In this document: piece after piece, positions 23,359-35,192 of the stretch
How the letters are laid out: the number at the start of each line of letters is the position of its first letter
Numbering within the stretch: position 1 is the stretch's first letter
Origin: Squalus acanthias
Taxonomy: Eukaryota
DNA length: 64,000 nucleotides
Direction: 5' to 3'
Assembly (NCBI GenBank): GCA_030390025.1
Contig: CM059425.1
Span: 260,958,001-261,022,000, forward strand
Notes under the pieces: model-generated
The model's database searches: none
What the model was told of the DNA's origin: nothing
What the model saw: the letters and a program-made list of their open reading frames with translations, nothing else
Made by a program: the position numbers and the translations under genes

Positions 23359-24069
23359 GGGGGGTTAAATTGATTAGCGGGGAGAACGGGCGTGGGGATG
23401 GCGGTACGCGATGAACCCATGTCCCAGATTGTGCTGCACGCAACAGGTAAAATCCGTGCTACCTGCTGATTTCCATGATTGCTGCATGCAGCCAGCGCTA
23501 CCCGCGCTGTTGATTGGTTGCACGCATCAGGAGGAGGACCGAAATCGGGAATGCACAATGCCATTTAAAGGCAGCAAGCACCTCTTAAAGGGGAGGTGGA
23601 TTGGAGTTTCTAGAAGTGGTCTGAGAAACTGACCTGAGAGACCTATCACACAAATGACTGACCCTGGGAGACAGCGGGCACCAAGGTTCTCTGACACTGC
23701 ACTGGAGGCCTTGGCGCAGGAGATGGAGAGGAGGAGGGACATTCTCCCAGGGGGGAAGAGAGCCCTGATAGCATATGCTGAGGAAGCAGTGGGAGGAGAT
23801 CGCAGAGGAGGTGAATGCGAAGAATCTGGACCCACATACCTGGATGCAGTGGGAAGAAGTTCAATTATCTGACAAGAGTTGTCAAGGTCAATCTTCAAAT
23901 GGCTTCTCATAACAGCTGCACCACTATCCTCATCACTGCTGAATTGACACCACCCACATCCCCCACCACCTACAATTTCTTCAACATTTCTGAACACTTC
24001 AATCAACATGCTTGACGTCACCCTCTCGCATGCAGTAATGTAGAAAACTTCACACCAACAACTTGCATC
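23359..24069 (+). mobile_element. Harbinger-derived fragment with a Myb/SANT-like ORF remnant (copy at ~61069..61779)
   Basis: RAPRFSDTALEAL...RRRDIL, followed in other frames by TYLDA/KKFNYLTRVVK; boundaries approximate. Confidence 0.6.
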
Positions 24070-26017
24070 TGTAGGTGGTTTGCTCTGGTGGTTTGAATCA
24101 CCCCTCCTACTTGGTTCTATACGACAGGAATTACAGTGAACAGGATTGGGACACAGACAAGCTTTTCAGACACAACCGTACGGTGTTTAATAAGGTTAAC
24201 ACACACACCCGCCTCCAGTACGTAAAATGCCTGGTGGCGTAAAACAAACAGTCCAACAATACAACTTGGCCCGTCGAACAGGCCCCTGTCTCGTATTAAG
24301 ACGCCTAAAATCACACTGTGTTGCAATACAGAGTATAAAATATACACAGAACCTCCCCACTAAACCCCTCTGGATTGGTTGGGACACACAACACCCCCTC
24401 ACACAGTACCGGTGGTCTTAAGAATGCGTGGGCTTGGACAATGCTCACCCTGATTGTCCGTTTTCTTGCTCGCTGCTCCCCTGTGTAGAACGTGTCTCCT
24501 GGTTCCGTATCGCCGATACAGTATCCAAGTCCCAGTTTCGAGGTTCGTTCCTACAGTAGAAGAGCAAGACGTGAGGCTCTTGTCGCTCGTGGTGGTTTCG
24601 AGCAAGCGAGAGAGAGATAGAGAAATGGCAAAAGCTGCTTTCTTTATATACCCTAAAAGTTCACTCTGCCCTGTGTAGTTGCAGTAATGTCTTTTTAATC
24701 ACCCTTCTTTGTCTGGTTTCCCGACTTTCGGGGCTATCCCATCTAGGTGCTGGTGATAATGGCAGATAATGGGCCGCACTTCTCACCTGATCCTGGGTTA
24801 AGTGGCTTCCCATTAATTTACAATGGCCCTCTTTTGTCCGGTTACCGCCTTTCGGGGCTATCCCATCTAGGTGCTCGTCACCGTATGAGTCACCTCCCCG
24901 GACCCATTTGGGGAGAAATTCAGTATCGCCCCATTTGGGGCGCAATTATCGGCCGGGCGCAAAGATTAGCACCTGGTGCTAATTATCCCCTCCGACTGCA
25001 AACTTTTCTTTTGTCGCCCCTGGAGGTGATTGGAGCGCTAAATCAGGCGCTACACATCTGTCTTAAGGCGCAAAGGCCGAGGAGCCAGGCGCTAACTGAG
25101 AGCGCTGGCGAGGCGCTAACTCAGAGCGCTGGCGAAGCTCATGTGATGTCAGTCAGCAATGGAACACAGACACAATGGCGCCGGCCAGTTCTTAAAGGGG
25201 AGGGTTGATCTTGTTTTCCATCCACATCCTGCTCATTGCAGCCTTGAATCTCGGCCTGGAGAGACCTGTACATCAAATCTGCTGGAAAGAACACTGCAGA
25301 GTACCAGGGAAAGAGCTCAGAGTGCAGCCCCCACAGTCTCTTCTAAATCGATACAAGGAAGGGCAAATAAAAATGAACCTGCAAAGTGCTGCTCAGTACC
25401 CAAAACTCCTTCACACAGCGTTGAATCTGTCCAGAAGTCTCTCTCTCTCTCTCTCTATCTCAGAATGCGTGGTTAAAAAATATCACCAACAAAAAAAGGC
25501 AGGAAGCGGTCGCCTTTAAATAGCGCTCCCCCAGTCCCTTCCTGATTGCAAAACGCTCCCCTCAAACTGTCGTTGCCAGCGGCAGGCGGTAAGGCAGGGG
25601 GCACCACTCAATCTCCGCTCCGGGGCACTGCGCACTCGACTGATGTCACGATCTGCCGGCGCAGGAGGTCGTGGTGGTAGTGTTTAGCGCCACCACAAAA
25701 TGTCTAGTTAATTTCGCGAGCGGCGCAAACATCGTCGCGCCTGGGCACTAGTTGCTTTGCGCCCCATTAGCGCACTCTTAAGGTGCTAACGGGAGGCGCA
25801 ACCAACTGAATTTTTCCCCCATTATCTTCCCAGAGAATTCTGTCTGCCCAGACATTCCCCCATAATTAGTTAGTAGGCCTGGCTGGAATCTCCTGTCCAC
25901 GAACACCTGGGTCCCTCCCATCTTCTCCAAACAGGTTGCTGGTCAAATCAGCAGTAACAGTCATTCAAAATGTCCGATACAAAAAAAAAATCCTTGGGGC
26001 CTGCGTTGATGTTTACA
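24070..26017 (-). mobile_element. Solo LTR in minus orientation containing a MITE (copy at 61780..63723)
   Basis: TGTA...TACA ends, 4-bp TSD CATC. The left end resembles the reverse complement of the 3' end of the 20383 LTR. TATATAAAG on the minus strand at ~24642-24650. Confidence 0.75.
24909..25820. mobile_element. Harbinger-type MITE (copy at ~62618..63526)
   Basis: TIRs GGGGAGAAATTCAGT / ACTGAATTTTTCCCC, flanking ATT duplication. Confidence 0.75.
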
Positions 26018-27010
26018 CATCTGACACACATACTGCCAGCTATTCAGTTATGACAGCCACATCACCCAGACACATTGCAGAACACTCACAAACACACTCA
26101 AAAAAAAAAGCTGGATCTGGTGCTGGGGAATGAGGTGGGCCAGGTCGACCAAGTGTCTGTGGGAGAACACTTGGCTACGAGTGATCATCGTATCATTAGA
26201 TTTAGATTCACAATGGAGAGGAGCAAGGACCAATCTAGAGTAGAACTTCTAAACTGGAATAGGGCTAACTTCAATGGGATGTGAAAGGATCTAGCCAGGG
26301 TAAAATGGAACCAAAGACTGACAGGAAAAACTGTAACGGAACAATGGGTCATCTTTAAGGAGGAGATTTTCCAAGTACAGGCTAGGTACATTCAAACAAG
26401 AGGGAAGGGTAAGGGAACCAAAGCAAGGGCTCCTTGGATGACGAGGGAGATAGAGAAGATGATGAAACAAAAAAAAGAGGGTGTATGATCAATGTCAGGT
26501 GAATTCTTCAAGGGAGAACCAGACCAAATACAATAAGTTGAGAGGGGAAGTAAAGATGAAAATAAGATTGGCAGAGAGAGAATATGAGAGTAGAATGAGT
26601 AGAGGGAACCCAAAAATCTTCGACCGGCATGTAAACAGTAAGCAGGTCGTAAGAGGCGGGGTGGGGCCTAATAGAGACAAAGAAGGCGTTATATGCTTAG
26701 AGGCCCAGGGCAAGGCTAGAATACTCAAAGAGTACTTTGTATCGGTGTTTACTAGGGAGGTGGATGCTAGCAAAATATCGGTAGAAGTGGAAAAGGTAGA
26801 AGCAATGGAAGGGGTGAAAATTGATAGACAGGATGTACTAGAAAGACTGGGTATGCTTAGAGTGGATAGGTCGCCTGGTCCAGATGGCTTGCATCCCAGG
26901 TTGCTAAGGGAATTGGGGGAGGAGATAGCAGAAGGGCTTGCCATAATTTTCCAATCTTTCCTAGATGCGGGGGAGGTGCCTGAGGATTGAACAGTGGCAA
27001 ATGTGACATT

Positions 27011-27752
27011 GGGCCAAAAATTGATGCCGCTACGCGAGAGTACGCACTGCGTACTCTCGCGTATTCTCTCTCCAATTGCCGGTTTTCTGCATGCACTGCG
27101 CATGCGCTGAAAACCGGCACTTGGTCTTTGGAAAAGGGGGCGGTTCCTCGGTGCACCGCGTGCGCGCTACAGGCTGCGCGCACGCTGTGCACTTAGTGCT
27201 TTGGACGCGCAGGTAAGGACGGAAGATTTTAGAAATGAAAAAAGGAGGAGTAAGACCCACTTTTAACAAGGTAAGTAGTGAATTAAGTATTATTTTGAAT
27301 TTTTTTTAACAGGTATATCTTTTTTAGAGACTTTAAAGACAGGTAAGTTTATTTTTATAACTTTTTAAAAGATTTTAAATTTTTTCAAAAATTTAATTTT
27401 TTATTTAAAATGGTTAATTTATTTAACTATACTTATTTTATTAATGTGATGGTTTTTTTTAAATTTAATTGAGGTTTAGCTGTTATTTTGGGGGTGTGTA
27501 AGATTCATAGCTTTCACAGCACGTATGTGAAACTTATGAATGGAAGATGGTGTGCTGCCATTGGCTCTAACTGAGTCACGTGATCCCACAGCTCGCACGA
27601 ATTCACTACGCCGGTGGGATACGCAAGCACTGCCCAGCTGATGTCTAGAACATCAAGTTCGTGCGAGCTGGATCTGAAAAAGCCAACGCGGAGTGAGAGA
27701 TCGCGCCTGCTCCTTACCCCCGCGGGAACAGAGCGAGATCAATTTCTGGGCC
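27011..27752. mobile_element. Harbinger-type MITE
   Basis: TIRs GGGCCAAAAATTGAT / ATCAATTTCTGGGCC, 3-bp TSD ATT; inserted in the CR1 NVT-LFKKG motif. Confidence 0.85.
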
Positions 27753-28959
27753 ATTATTGTTCAAGAAAGGGTTTAAGGACAATCCTAGTAACTACAGGCC
27801 AGTCAGTTTAACATCAGTGGTGGGTAAAGTTTTAGAAACAATAATCAAGGAAAAAATTAACGGGCACTTGGAGAGATTTATGCTAATTAAGGAGAGCCAA
27901 CACGGATTTGTAAAAGGCAGATCGAGTTTGACTAATCTAATTGAATTTTTTGCTGAAGTAACGGGGGATTGATGAAGGGAATGCAATGGATGTTGTCTAC
28001 ATGGATTTTAGGAAGGCGTTTGACAAAGTACCACATGGAAGGCTAGTTGACAAAATTGAGGCTCATGCATTAGGTGGGTCAGTGGCAGCTTGGATTAGGA
28101 ATTGGCTTAAGGACAAAAAACAGCGAGTTGTGGTAAATGGCTGTTTTTCGGACTGGAGGATGGTAGACAGTGGTGATCCCCAAGGGTCAGTGCTGGGGCC
28201 ACTGCTTTTTTGATGTATATAAATGACCTGGATATTGGAATACAGAGTAGAATTTCTAAATTTGCCAATGACACCAAACTTGGTGGTGTGGCAAACAGTG
28301 ATTATACCAAATGACTGCAGCAGGACATAGAAAGGCTAGCAGAATGGGCAGACAAGTGGCAGATGGAATTTAATACAGAGAAGTGTGAGGTGATGCATTT
28401 TGGCAGAAGGAACAGGGAGAGGCAATATACACTTAATGGCACAGTTTTAAAGAGAGTGCAGGGACAGAGGGACCTGGGAGTTAATGTGCATAGGTCCCTG
28501 AAAGTGGCAGGACATATTGAGAGAGTGTTAGCAAAGCATATGGGATCTAGGGCTTCATAGAGGTATTGAGCACAAAAGTAGAGAAGTTGTGCTGAACCTT
28601 TATAAAGCGCTGGTTAGGCCACAACTGAAGTATTGCATCCAGTTCTGGTCACTACACTTTAGGAAGGATGTGAAGGCCCTTGAGAGCGTGCAGAGGGGAT
28701 TTACCAGAATGGTTCCAGGGATGGGGGAATAAGAACATAAGAACATAAGAAATAGGAGCAGGAGTAGGCCAATCGGCCCCTCGAGCCTGCTCCGCCATTC
28801 AATAAGATCATGGCTGATCTGATCCTAACCGCCAATCTATCACAGAACCATCTCCTGCATCTAACAGAATTGCACACACGAAATAGGAGCAGAATCAGGC
28901 TACACGGTCCCTGGGCCCGCTCCACTACCCACAGGGCCATGACCGATCCGAACCTAGAC

Positions 28960-31947
28960 TCATGTCCAAATTCCTGCCCGCTCCCCGTAACCCTTAATGC
29001 CCTTTACTTCTAGGAAACTGTCTATTTCTGTTTTAAATTTATTTAATGATGTAGCTTCTACAGCTTTTTGTGGCAGCATATTCCATGGACCTACCACCCT
29101 CTGAGTGAAGTAGTTCCTCCTCATCTCAGTTTTGAAAGTGCAGCCCCTTATTCTAAGACTATGTCCCCTAGTTCTAGTCTCACCCGTCATCGGGAACATC
29201 CTCCCCGCATCCACCCGATCCAACCCCTTCACAATCTTATATGTTTCAATAAGATCGCCTCTCATTCTTCTGAACTCCAATGAGTAGATTCCCAATCTAC
29301 TCAACCTCTCCTCATATGACCACCCCCTCATCCCCGGGATTAACCGAGTGAACCTTTTTTGCACTGCCTCGAGAGCAAGGATGTCTTTCCTTAAGTAAGG
29401 ACACCAAAACTGTATGCAGTATTCCAGGTGCGGTCTCACCAATACCTTGTACAACTGAAGCAATACCTCCCTATTTTTATATTCTATCCCCCTAGCAATG
29501 AAAGCCAACATTCCATTTGCCTTCTTAATCACTTGCTGCACCTGCATACTAACCTTTTGAGTTTCGTGCACCAGGACCCCCAGATCCCTTTGCACTTCAG
29601 TACTCTCCAGTTTCTTGCCATTAAGATAATAAATTGCTCTAGGATTTTTCCTGCCAAAGTGCATCACCTCACACTTTCCAGTGTTGTATTCCATCTGCCA
29701 AATCTCTGCCCACTTACTTAGCCTGTCTATGTCCCCTTGCAGGTTTTTTATGTCCTCCTCACTCACTACTTTCCCTCCCATCTTTGTATCATCTGCAAAT
29801 TTTGATATGTTACACTTGGTCCCTTCCTCCAAATCGTTAATATAGATTGTAAAGAGTTGGGGACCCAGCACTGACCCCTGTGGAACACCACTAGTTACTG
29901 ATTGCCAGTCTGAGAATGAACCATTTATCCCAACTCTTTGCTTTCTGTTAGATAGCCAATCCTCTATCCATGCCAGAATATTACCCCCAATCCCGTGATT
30001 TTTTACCTTAAGCAATAATCTTTTGTGTGGCACCTTGTCAAATGCCTTTTGGAAGTCTAAATACACTACGTCCACTGGTTCCCCTTTATCCACTCTATAT
30101 GTTACTTCCTCAAAGAACTCCAGCAAATTTGTCAAACATGACTTCCCCTTCGTAAAACCATGCTGACTTTGTCCTATTAAATTATGATTATCCAAATGTC
30201 CTGTTACTGTTTCCTTAATAATGGACTCCAAAATTTTACCTACCACAGATGTTAGGCTAACCGGTCTATAGTTACCAGCCTTCTGTCTACTGCCCTTTTT
30301 AAATAAGGGTGTTACATTAGCAGTTTTCCAGTCTGCCGGGACCTTAGCGGAATCCAGGGAGTTTTGAAAAATTATTACCAATGCATCTACAATCCCTACC
30401 GCCACTTCCTTCAAGACTCTAGGATGTAAGCCATCAGGTCCAGGTGATTTATCCGCCTTGAGTCCCATTATTTTACCGAGTACCACTTCCTTAGTGATTT
30501 TGATCGTGTTTAGCTCCTCTCCCCCTATAGCCCCCTGTTTGTCCAGTGTTGGGATATTCTTAGTGTCCTCTACTGTAAAGACTGATACAAAATATTCATT
30601 CAGTGTTTTTGCCATCTCCATATTTCCCACCATTAATTTCCCGGTCTCATCCTCTAAGGGACCAACATTTACTTTAGCCACCCTTTTTCTTTTTATATAA
30701 CTATAAAAACTCTTACTATCTGTTTTTATATTTTTTGCTAATTTACTTTCATAATCTATCTTCCCTTTCTTAATCAATCTTTTTGTTATTTTTTGCTGCC
30801 TCTTAAAGTTTTCCCAATCCTCTGTCCTCCCACTAGATTTCGCTACCTTATATGCCCTTGTTTTTAGTCGAATACTATCCTTAATTTCTTTACTTAGCCA
30901 CGGATGACTGTCCTTTCTTTTACACCCTTTTCTTTTCAGTGGAATATATTTTTTTTGGAAGTTGTAAAATAACTCCTTGAATGTACACCACTGATCATGT
31001 GTCGTCTTACCCTTTAATCTATTTTCCCAATCCACTCTACTCAATTCCGCTCGCATACCTTCATAATCTCCTTTATTCAAGCTTAGCACGCTTGTTTGAG
31101 ATCCAACCTTCTCACCCTCTAATTGAATATGGAATTCAACCATGTTATGGTCACTCATTCCAAGGGGATCCTTTACTAGGACATTTTTAATTAATCCTGT
31201 CTCGTTACACAGGACCAGATCTAAGGTTGCTTGCCCCCTGGTTGGTTCAGTTACATACTGCTCAAGAAACCCATCCCTAATACACTCAATGAACTCATCC
31301 TCAAGGCAGCCCTGCCCCATTTGATTTGTCCAATTAATATGATAGTTAAAATCCCCCATAATTATAGATGTTCCCTTATTACATGCCTCAACTATTTCCT
31401 GATTGATACTCCGTCCAACAGAGTTGCAACTGTTCGGAGGCCTATAGACTACGCCCACTAGTGTTTTTTTCCCCTTATTATTCCTTATCTCCACCCAAAC
31501 TGTTTCATGATCATGATTTTTTGACCCAATATCATTGCTCTGTATTACAGTGATTCCTTCCTTTATTAACATAGCCACGCCACCTCCCCTTCCTTCCTGC
31601 CTGTCCTTCCTGATCGTTAAATAACCTGGTATGTTTAATTCCCAGGCATTGTCACCCTGCAGCCATGTTTCTGTAATGGCCACAATATCATAACCATATG
31701 TAGTTATTTGTGCCATTAACTCGTCTATTTTGTTACGAATGCTACGTGCATTCAGATAGAGAACTTTCAAATATGCTTTGTGGCACTTAGTTCCTGCTTT
31801 TTCACTTTTTACCACTTTACCTTTTACTCCACACACTCTGTCCCTTCCTGCCACGCTCTGATTTGTGATTCCCCTACTGCTACCTATGTCTATGACCCTC
31901 TCTGTTGTCATTTTTATTTTTTGCTCTCTTGAAACCTCCCCCCCCAC
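28960..31947 (-). CDS. CR1 ORF2p (APE endonuclease plus reverse transcriptase), ~995 aa
   Basis: [44 protein letters not shown]; no stops; first ATG at 31911. Confidence 0.96.
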   Translation of the reverse strand: MGGEVSREQKIKMTTERVIDIGSSRGITNQSVAGRDRVCGVKGKVVKSEKAGTKCHKAYLKVLYLNARSIRNKIDELMAQITTYGYDIVAITETWLQGDNAWELNIPGYLTIRKDRQEGRGGGVAMLIKEGITVIQSNDIGSKNHDHETVWVEIRNNKGKKTLVGVVYRPPNSCNSVGRSINQEIVEACNKGTSIIMGDFNYHINWTNQMGQGCLEDEFIECIRDGFLEQYVTEPTRGQATLDLVLCNETGLIKNVLVKDPLGMSDHNMVEFHIQLEGEKVGSQTSVLSLNKGDYEGMRAELSRVDWENRLKGKTTHDQWCTFKELFYNFQKKYIPLKRKGCKRKDSHPWLSKEIKDSIRLKTRAYKVAKSSGRTEDWENFKRQQKITKRLIKKGKIDYESKLAKNIKTDSKSFYSYIKRKRVAKVNVGPLEDETGKLMVGNMEMAKTLNEYFVSVFTVEDTKNIPTLDKQGAIGGEELNTIKITKEVVLGKIMGLKADKSPGPDGLHPRVLKEVAVGIVDALVIIFQNSLDSAKVPADWKTANVTPLFKKGSRQKAGNYRPVSLTSVVGKILESIIKETVTGHLDNHNLIGQSQHGFTKGKSCLTNLLEFFEEVTYRVDKGEPVDVVYLDFQKAFDKVPHKRLLLKVKNHGIGGNILAWIEDWLSNRKQRVGINGSFSDWQSVTSGVPQGSVLGPQLFTIYINDLEEGTKCNISKFADDTKMGGKVVSEEDIKNLQGDIDRLSKWAEIWQMEYNTGKCEVMHFGRKNPRAIYYLNGKKLESTEVQRDLGVLVHETQKVSMQVQQVIKKANGMLAFIARGIEYKNREVLLQLYKVLVRPHLEYCIQFWCPYLRKDILALEAVQKRFTRLIPGMRGWSYEERLSRLGIYSLEFRRMRGDLIETYKIVKGLDRVDAGRMFPMTGETRTRGHSLRIRGCTFKTEMRRNYFTQRVVGPWNMLPQKAVEATSLNKFKTEIDSFLEVKGIKGYGERAGIWT

Positions 31948-31950
31948 TAA

Positions 31951-32907
31951 TTAGTTTAAAGCCCTCTCCACAGCCCTAGTTATTCGATTCGCCAGGACAC
32001 TAGTCCCAGCACTGACCAAGTGAAGTCCGTCCCAACGGAACAGCTCTCTCCTGCCCCAGTACTGGTGCCAGTGTCCCAAGAAGCAAAACCCATTTTTCCC
32101 ACACCAGTCTTTGAGCCACGCATTCAACTCCCTGATTTTATTTACCCTAGCCAAATTTGCTCGTGGCTCAGGTAGTAATCCAGAGATTATTACCCTCGAT
32201 GTTCTGCTTTTTAATTTGGCCCCTAGCTGCTCAAACTCCCTCAGCAGAACCTCTTTCCTTGTCCTATCTATGTCATTGGTACCAACATGGACCACGACAA
32301 CTGGATCCTCCCCCTCCCACTCCAAGTTTCTCTCCAGCCCAGAGGAGATGTCCTTAACCCTGGCACCGGGCAGGCAACACAGCCTTCGGGACTCTCGCTC
32401 TTGGCTGCAAAGAACCCTATCTATCCCCCTAATGATACTATCCCCTACCACTACAACATTTCTTTTTACTCCCCCCACTTGAATGGACCCCCCTACCACG
32501 GTGCTGTGGCCAGGTTGCTCATCCTCCCTGCAGTCCCCGCTCCTATCCACACAGGGAGTAAGAGCCTCGAACCTGTTGGACAAGAGCAAGGGCTGCGGCT
32601 CCTCCAACACTACCTCCTGGATCCCTGTACCTGCCTCACTCGTAGTCACACCTTCCTGTCCCTGACCACGGGCTACTTCTGAATTAGTTACTCTAATTGG
32701 TGTGACTACCTCCTGAAACACGGAGTCCAGGTAACTCTCCCCCTCCCTGATGTGTCGCAGTGTTTGAAGCTCGGACTCCAGCTCATCAACACGGAGCCGG
32801 AGTTCCTTGAGCAGCCAACACTTACTGCAAATGTGTTCACCGTGAACATCAATGGTGTCCACCAGCTCCCACATATTGCAGCAGTAACACATCACCTGCT
32901 CTCCCAT
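31951..32907 (-). CDS. CR1 ORF1p (zinc finger/coiled coil plus SGNH esterase-like domain), 318 aa
   Basis: CYCCNMWE...CSKC, GDSIIRG, HVGTND, WDGLHL motifs, uninterrupted. Confidence 0.93.
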   Translation of the reverse strand: MGEQVMCYCCNMWELVDTIDVHGEHICSKCWLLKELRLRVDELESELQTLRHIREGESYLDSVFQEVVTPIRVTNSEVARGQGQEGVTTSEAGTGIQEVVLEEPQPLLLSNRFEALTPCVDRSGDCREDEQPGHSTVVGGSIQVGGVKRNVVVVGDSIIRGIDRVLCSQERESRRLCCLPGARVKDISSGLERNLEWEGEDPVVVVHVGTNDIDRTRKEVLLREFEQLGAKLKSRTSRVIISGLLPEPRANLARVNKIRELNAWLKDWCGKNGFCFLGHWHQYWGRRELFRWDGLHLVSAGTSVLANRITRAVERALN

Positions 32908-33350
32908 TCTATGTAATTAATTAAAAATTTATTATTTACCCTTCAGTTAATTTATGCCAGCAGTCTCCGCTACACCACAGATACCCGAGAAACTATAAAC
33001 TATGGAATTGAAGTTTTGTATAAAAAAAAGAGAAATACTCACCAACCAATCACTTACCTGCTTACTGGTGACGTCACACTTCGATTATTTTTTACCTCTC
33101 TCCTGCTCTCGGCTTGGTGAAAGCCTACCTGGTCGCTGCCGCCTTTTACCGCCGCCTCTGTGGGCCTACCTGGTCGCTGCCGCCTTTTACCGCCGCCTCT
33201 GTGGGCCTACCTGGTCGCTGCCGCCTTTTACCGCCGCCGCCTCGCCGCTGTTGCTCCACCCAGGTCCGCCACCTCTGTGGGCCTAGCTGGTCGCTGCCGC
33301 CTTTTACCGCCGCCGCCTCGCCGCTGTTGCTCCACCCAGGTCCGCCGCCG

Positions 33351-34250
33351 CTCCAGTTTCTTGCCATTAAGATAATAAATTGCTCTAGGATTTTTCCTGC
33401 CAAAGTGCATCACCTCACACTTTCCAGTGTTGTATTCCATCTGCCAGATCTCTGCCCACTTACTTAGCCTGTCTATGTCCCCTTGCAGGTTTTTTATGTC
33501 CTCCTCACTCACTACTTTCCCTCCCATCTTTGTATCATCTGCAAATTTTGATATGTTACACTTGGTCCCTTCCTCCAAATCGTTAATATAGATTGTAAAG
33601 AGTTGGGGACCCAGCACTGACCCCTGTGGAACACCACTAGTTACTGATTGCCAGTCTGAGAATGAACCATTTATCCCAACTCTTTGCTTTCTGTTAGATA
33701 GCCAATCCTCTATCCATGCCAGAATATTACCCCCAATCCCGTGATTTTTTACCTTAAGCAATAATCTTTTGTGTGGCACCTTGTCAAATGCCTTTTGGAA
33801 GTCTAAATACACTACGTCCACTGGTTCCCCTTTATCCACTCTATATGTTACTTCCTCAAAGAACTCCAGCAAATTTGTCAAACATGACTTCCCCTTCGTA
33901 AAAACCATGCTGACTTTGTCCTATTAAATTATGATTATCCAAATGTCCTGTTACTGTTTCCTTAATAATGGACTCCAAAATTTTACCTACCACAGATGTT
34001 AGGCTAACCGGTCTATAGTTACCAGCCTTCTGTCTACTGCCCTTTTTAAATAAGGGTGTTACATTAGCAGTTTTCCAGTCTGCCGGGACCTTAGCGGAAT
34101 CCAGGGAGTTTTGAAAAATTATTACCAATGCATCTACAATCCCTACCGCCACTTCCTTCAAGACTCTAGGATGTAAGCCATCAGGTCCAGGTGATTTATC
34201 CGCCTTGAGTCCCATTATTTTACCGAGTACCACTTCCTTAGTGATTTTGA
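33351..34250 (-). mobile_element. Near-identical duplicate of the RT segment 29605..30503, fused to the 5' end of the intact CR1
   Basis: 900 vs 899 bp; I see one extra A (~33901) and one substitution. Confidence 0.92.
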
Positions 34251-35192
34251 ATCTTAGCTACAAGGACAGGTTGGAGAAACTGGATTTGTTTTCATTAGAG
34301 CAAAGGTGGTTGAGGGGTGATTTGATAGAGGTGTACAAGATTATGATGGGTTTGGATAGGCTAGACGGAGAAAAGCTGTTCCCACTAGTTGATGGTACAA
34401 GGACTAGGGGACGCAGATTTAAGGTTTTGGGCAAGAGATACAGGGGGGATGTGAGGAAAAACTTTTTTAAGCAGTGAGGACCTGGAACTCGCTGCCGACG
34501 GAAGTGGTGGAAGCGGAGACACTCAATGTTTTCAAGGGGAGACTGGATAGGCACTTGAGGGAAATAAACTTGCAGGGCTACGGGGATAGAGCGTGGGAAT
34601 GGGACTGACTGGATCGCTCTACAGAGAGCTGGCACGGACTCGACGGGCCGAATGGCCTCCTTCTGTGCCGTTATGACTCTATGTCACATTAACAGACACA
34701 CATGTTGTTTCATACTTCATCAAATCAGGTATAAGGAGGATGAGAATTTTTTTTTACACAGTGAGTTGTTATGATCTGGAATGCGCTGCCTGAAGGGGCG
34801 GAGGAAGCAGATTCAATAGTAACTTTCGAAAGGGAATTGGAGAAATACTTGAAGGGTAAAAATTTGCAGGGTTATGGGGAAAGAGCAGGGGGGAATGGGA
34901 CTTGTTGGAGAGCTCTACCAAAGAGCCGGCACAGGCACAATGGGCCGAAAGGCCTCCTTCTGTGCTGTATCATCCTATGAAATGTAGTGCCAGTCGATGC
35001 GAAGGAGGAGCCAATGTTCATACACACACAATTGTTTATTTAGAGCACTGTTCACAATCATTGCAGCTCCACCATGTAACTTTGATACACTGACAGCAAA
35101 AGCACAGATTCACTCTGAGATCAGCTATTGAAAGCTGGCTGACCTCCAGCAGAATCTCCCGTCACAGCCGATGAGTTGGAAACAGCAGCCAG

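Larger units (their letters stand above)
28731..33350 (-). mobile_element. Full-length, apparently intact CR1/L3 LINE
   Basis: GC-rich tandem-repeat 5' UTR, intact ORF1 and ORF2, 3' UTR stem-loop and (TTCTTATG)n tail. Confidence 0.95.
26108..34683 (+). mobile_element. Decayed CR1 LINE (26108-27010, 27753-28730, 34249-34683) hosting a MITE and a full-length CR1
   Basis: [38 protein letters not shown]; resumes at LSYKDRLEKL after 34249 and ends in a tatgactctatg tail. Confidence 0.9.
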
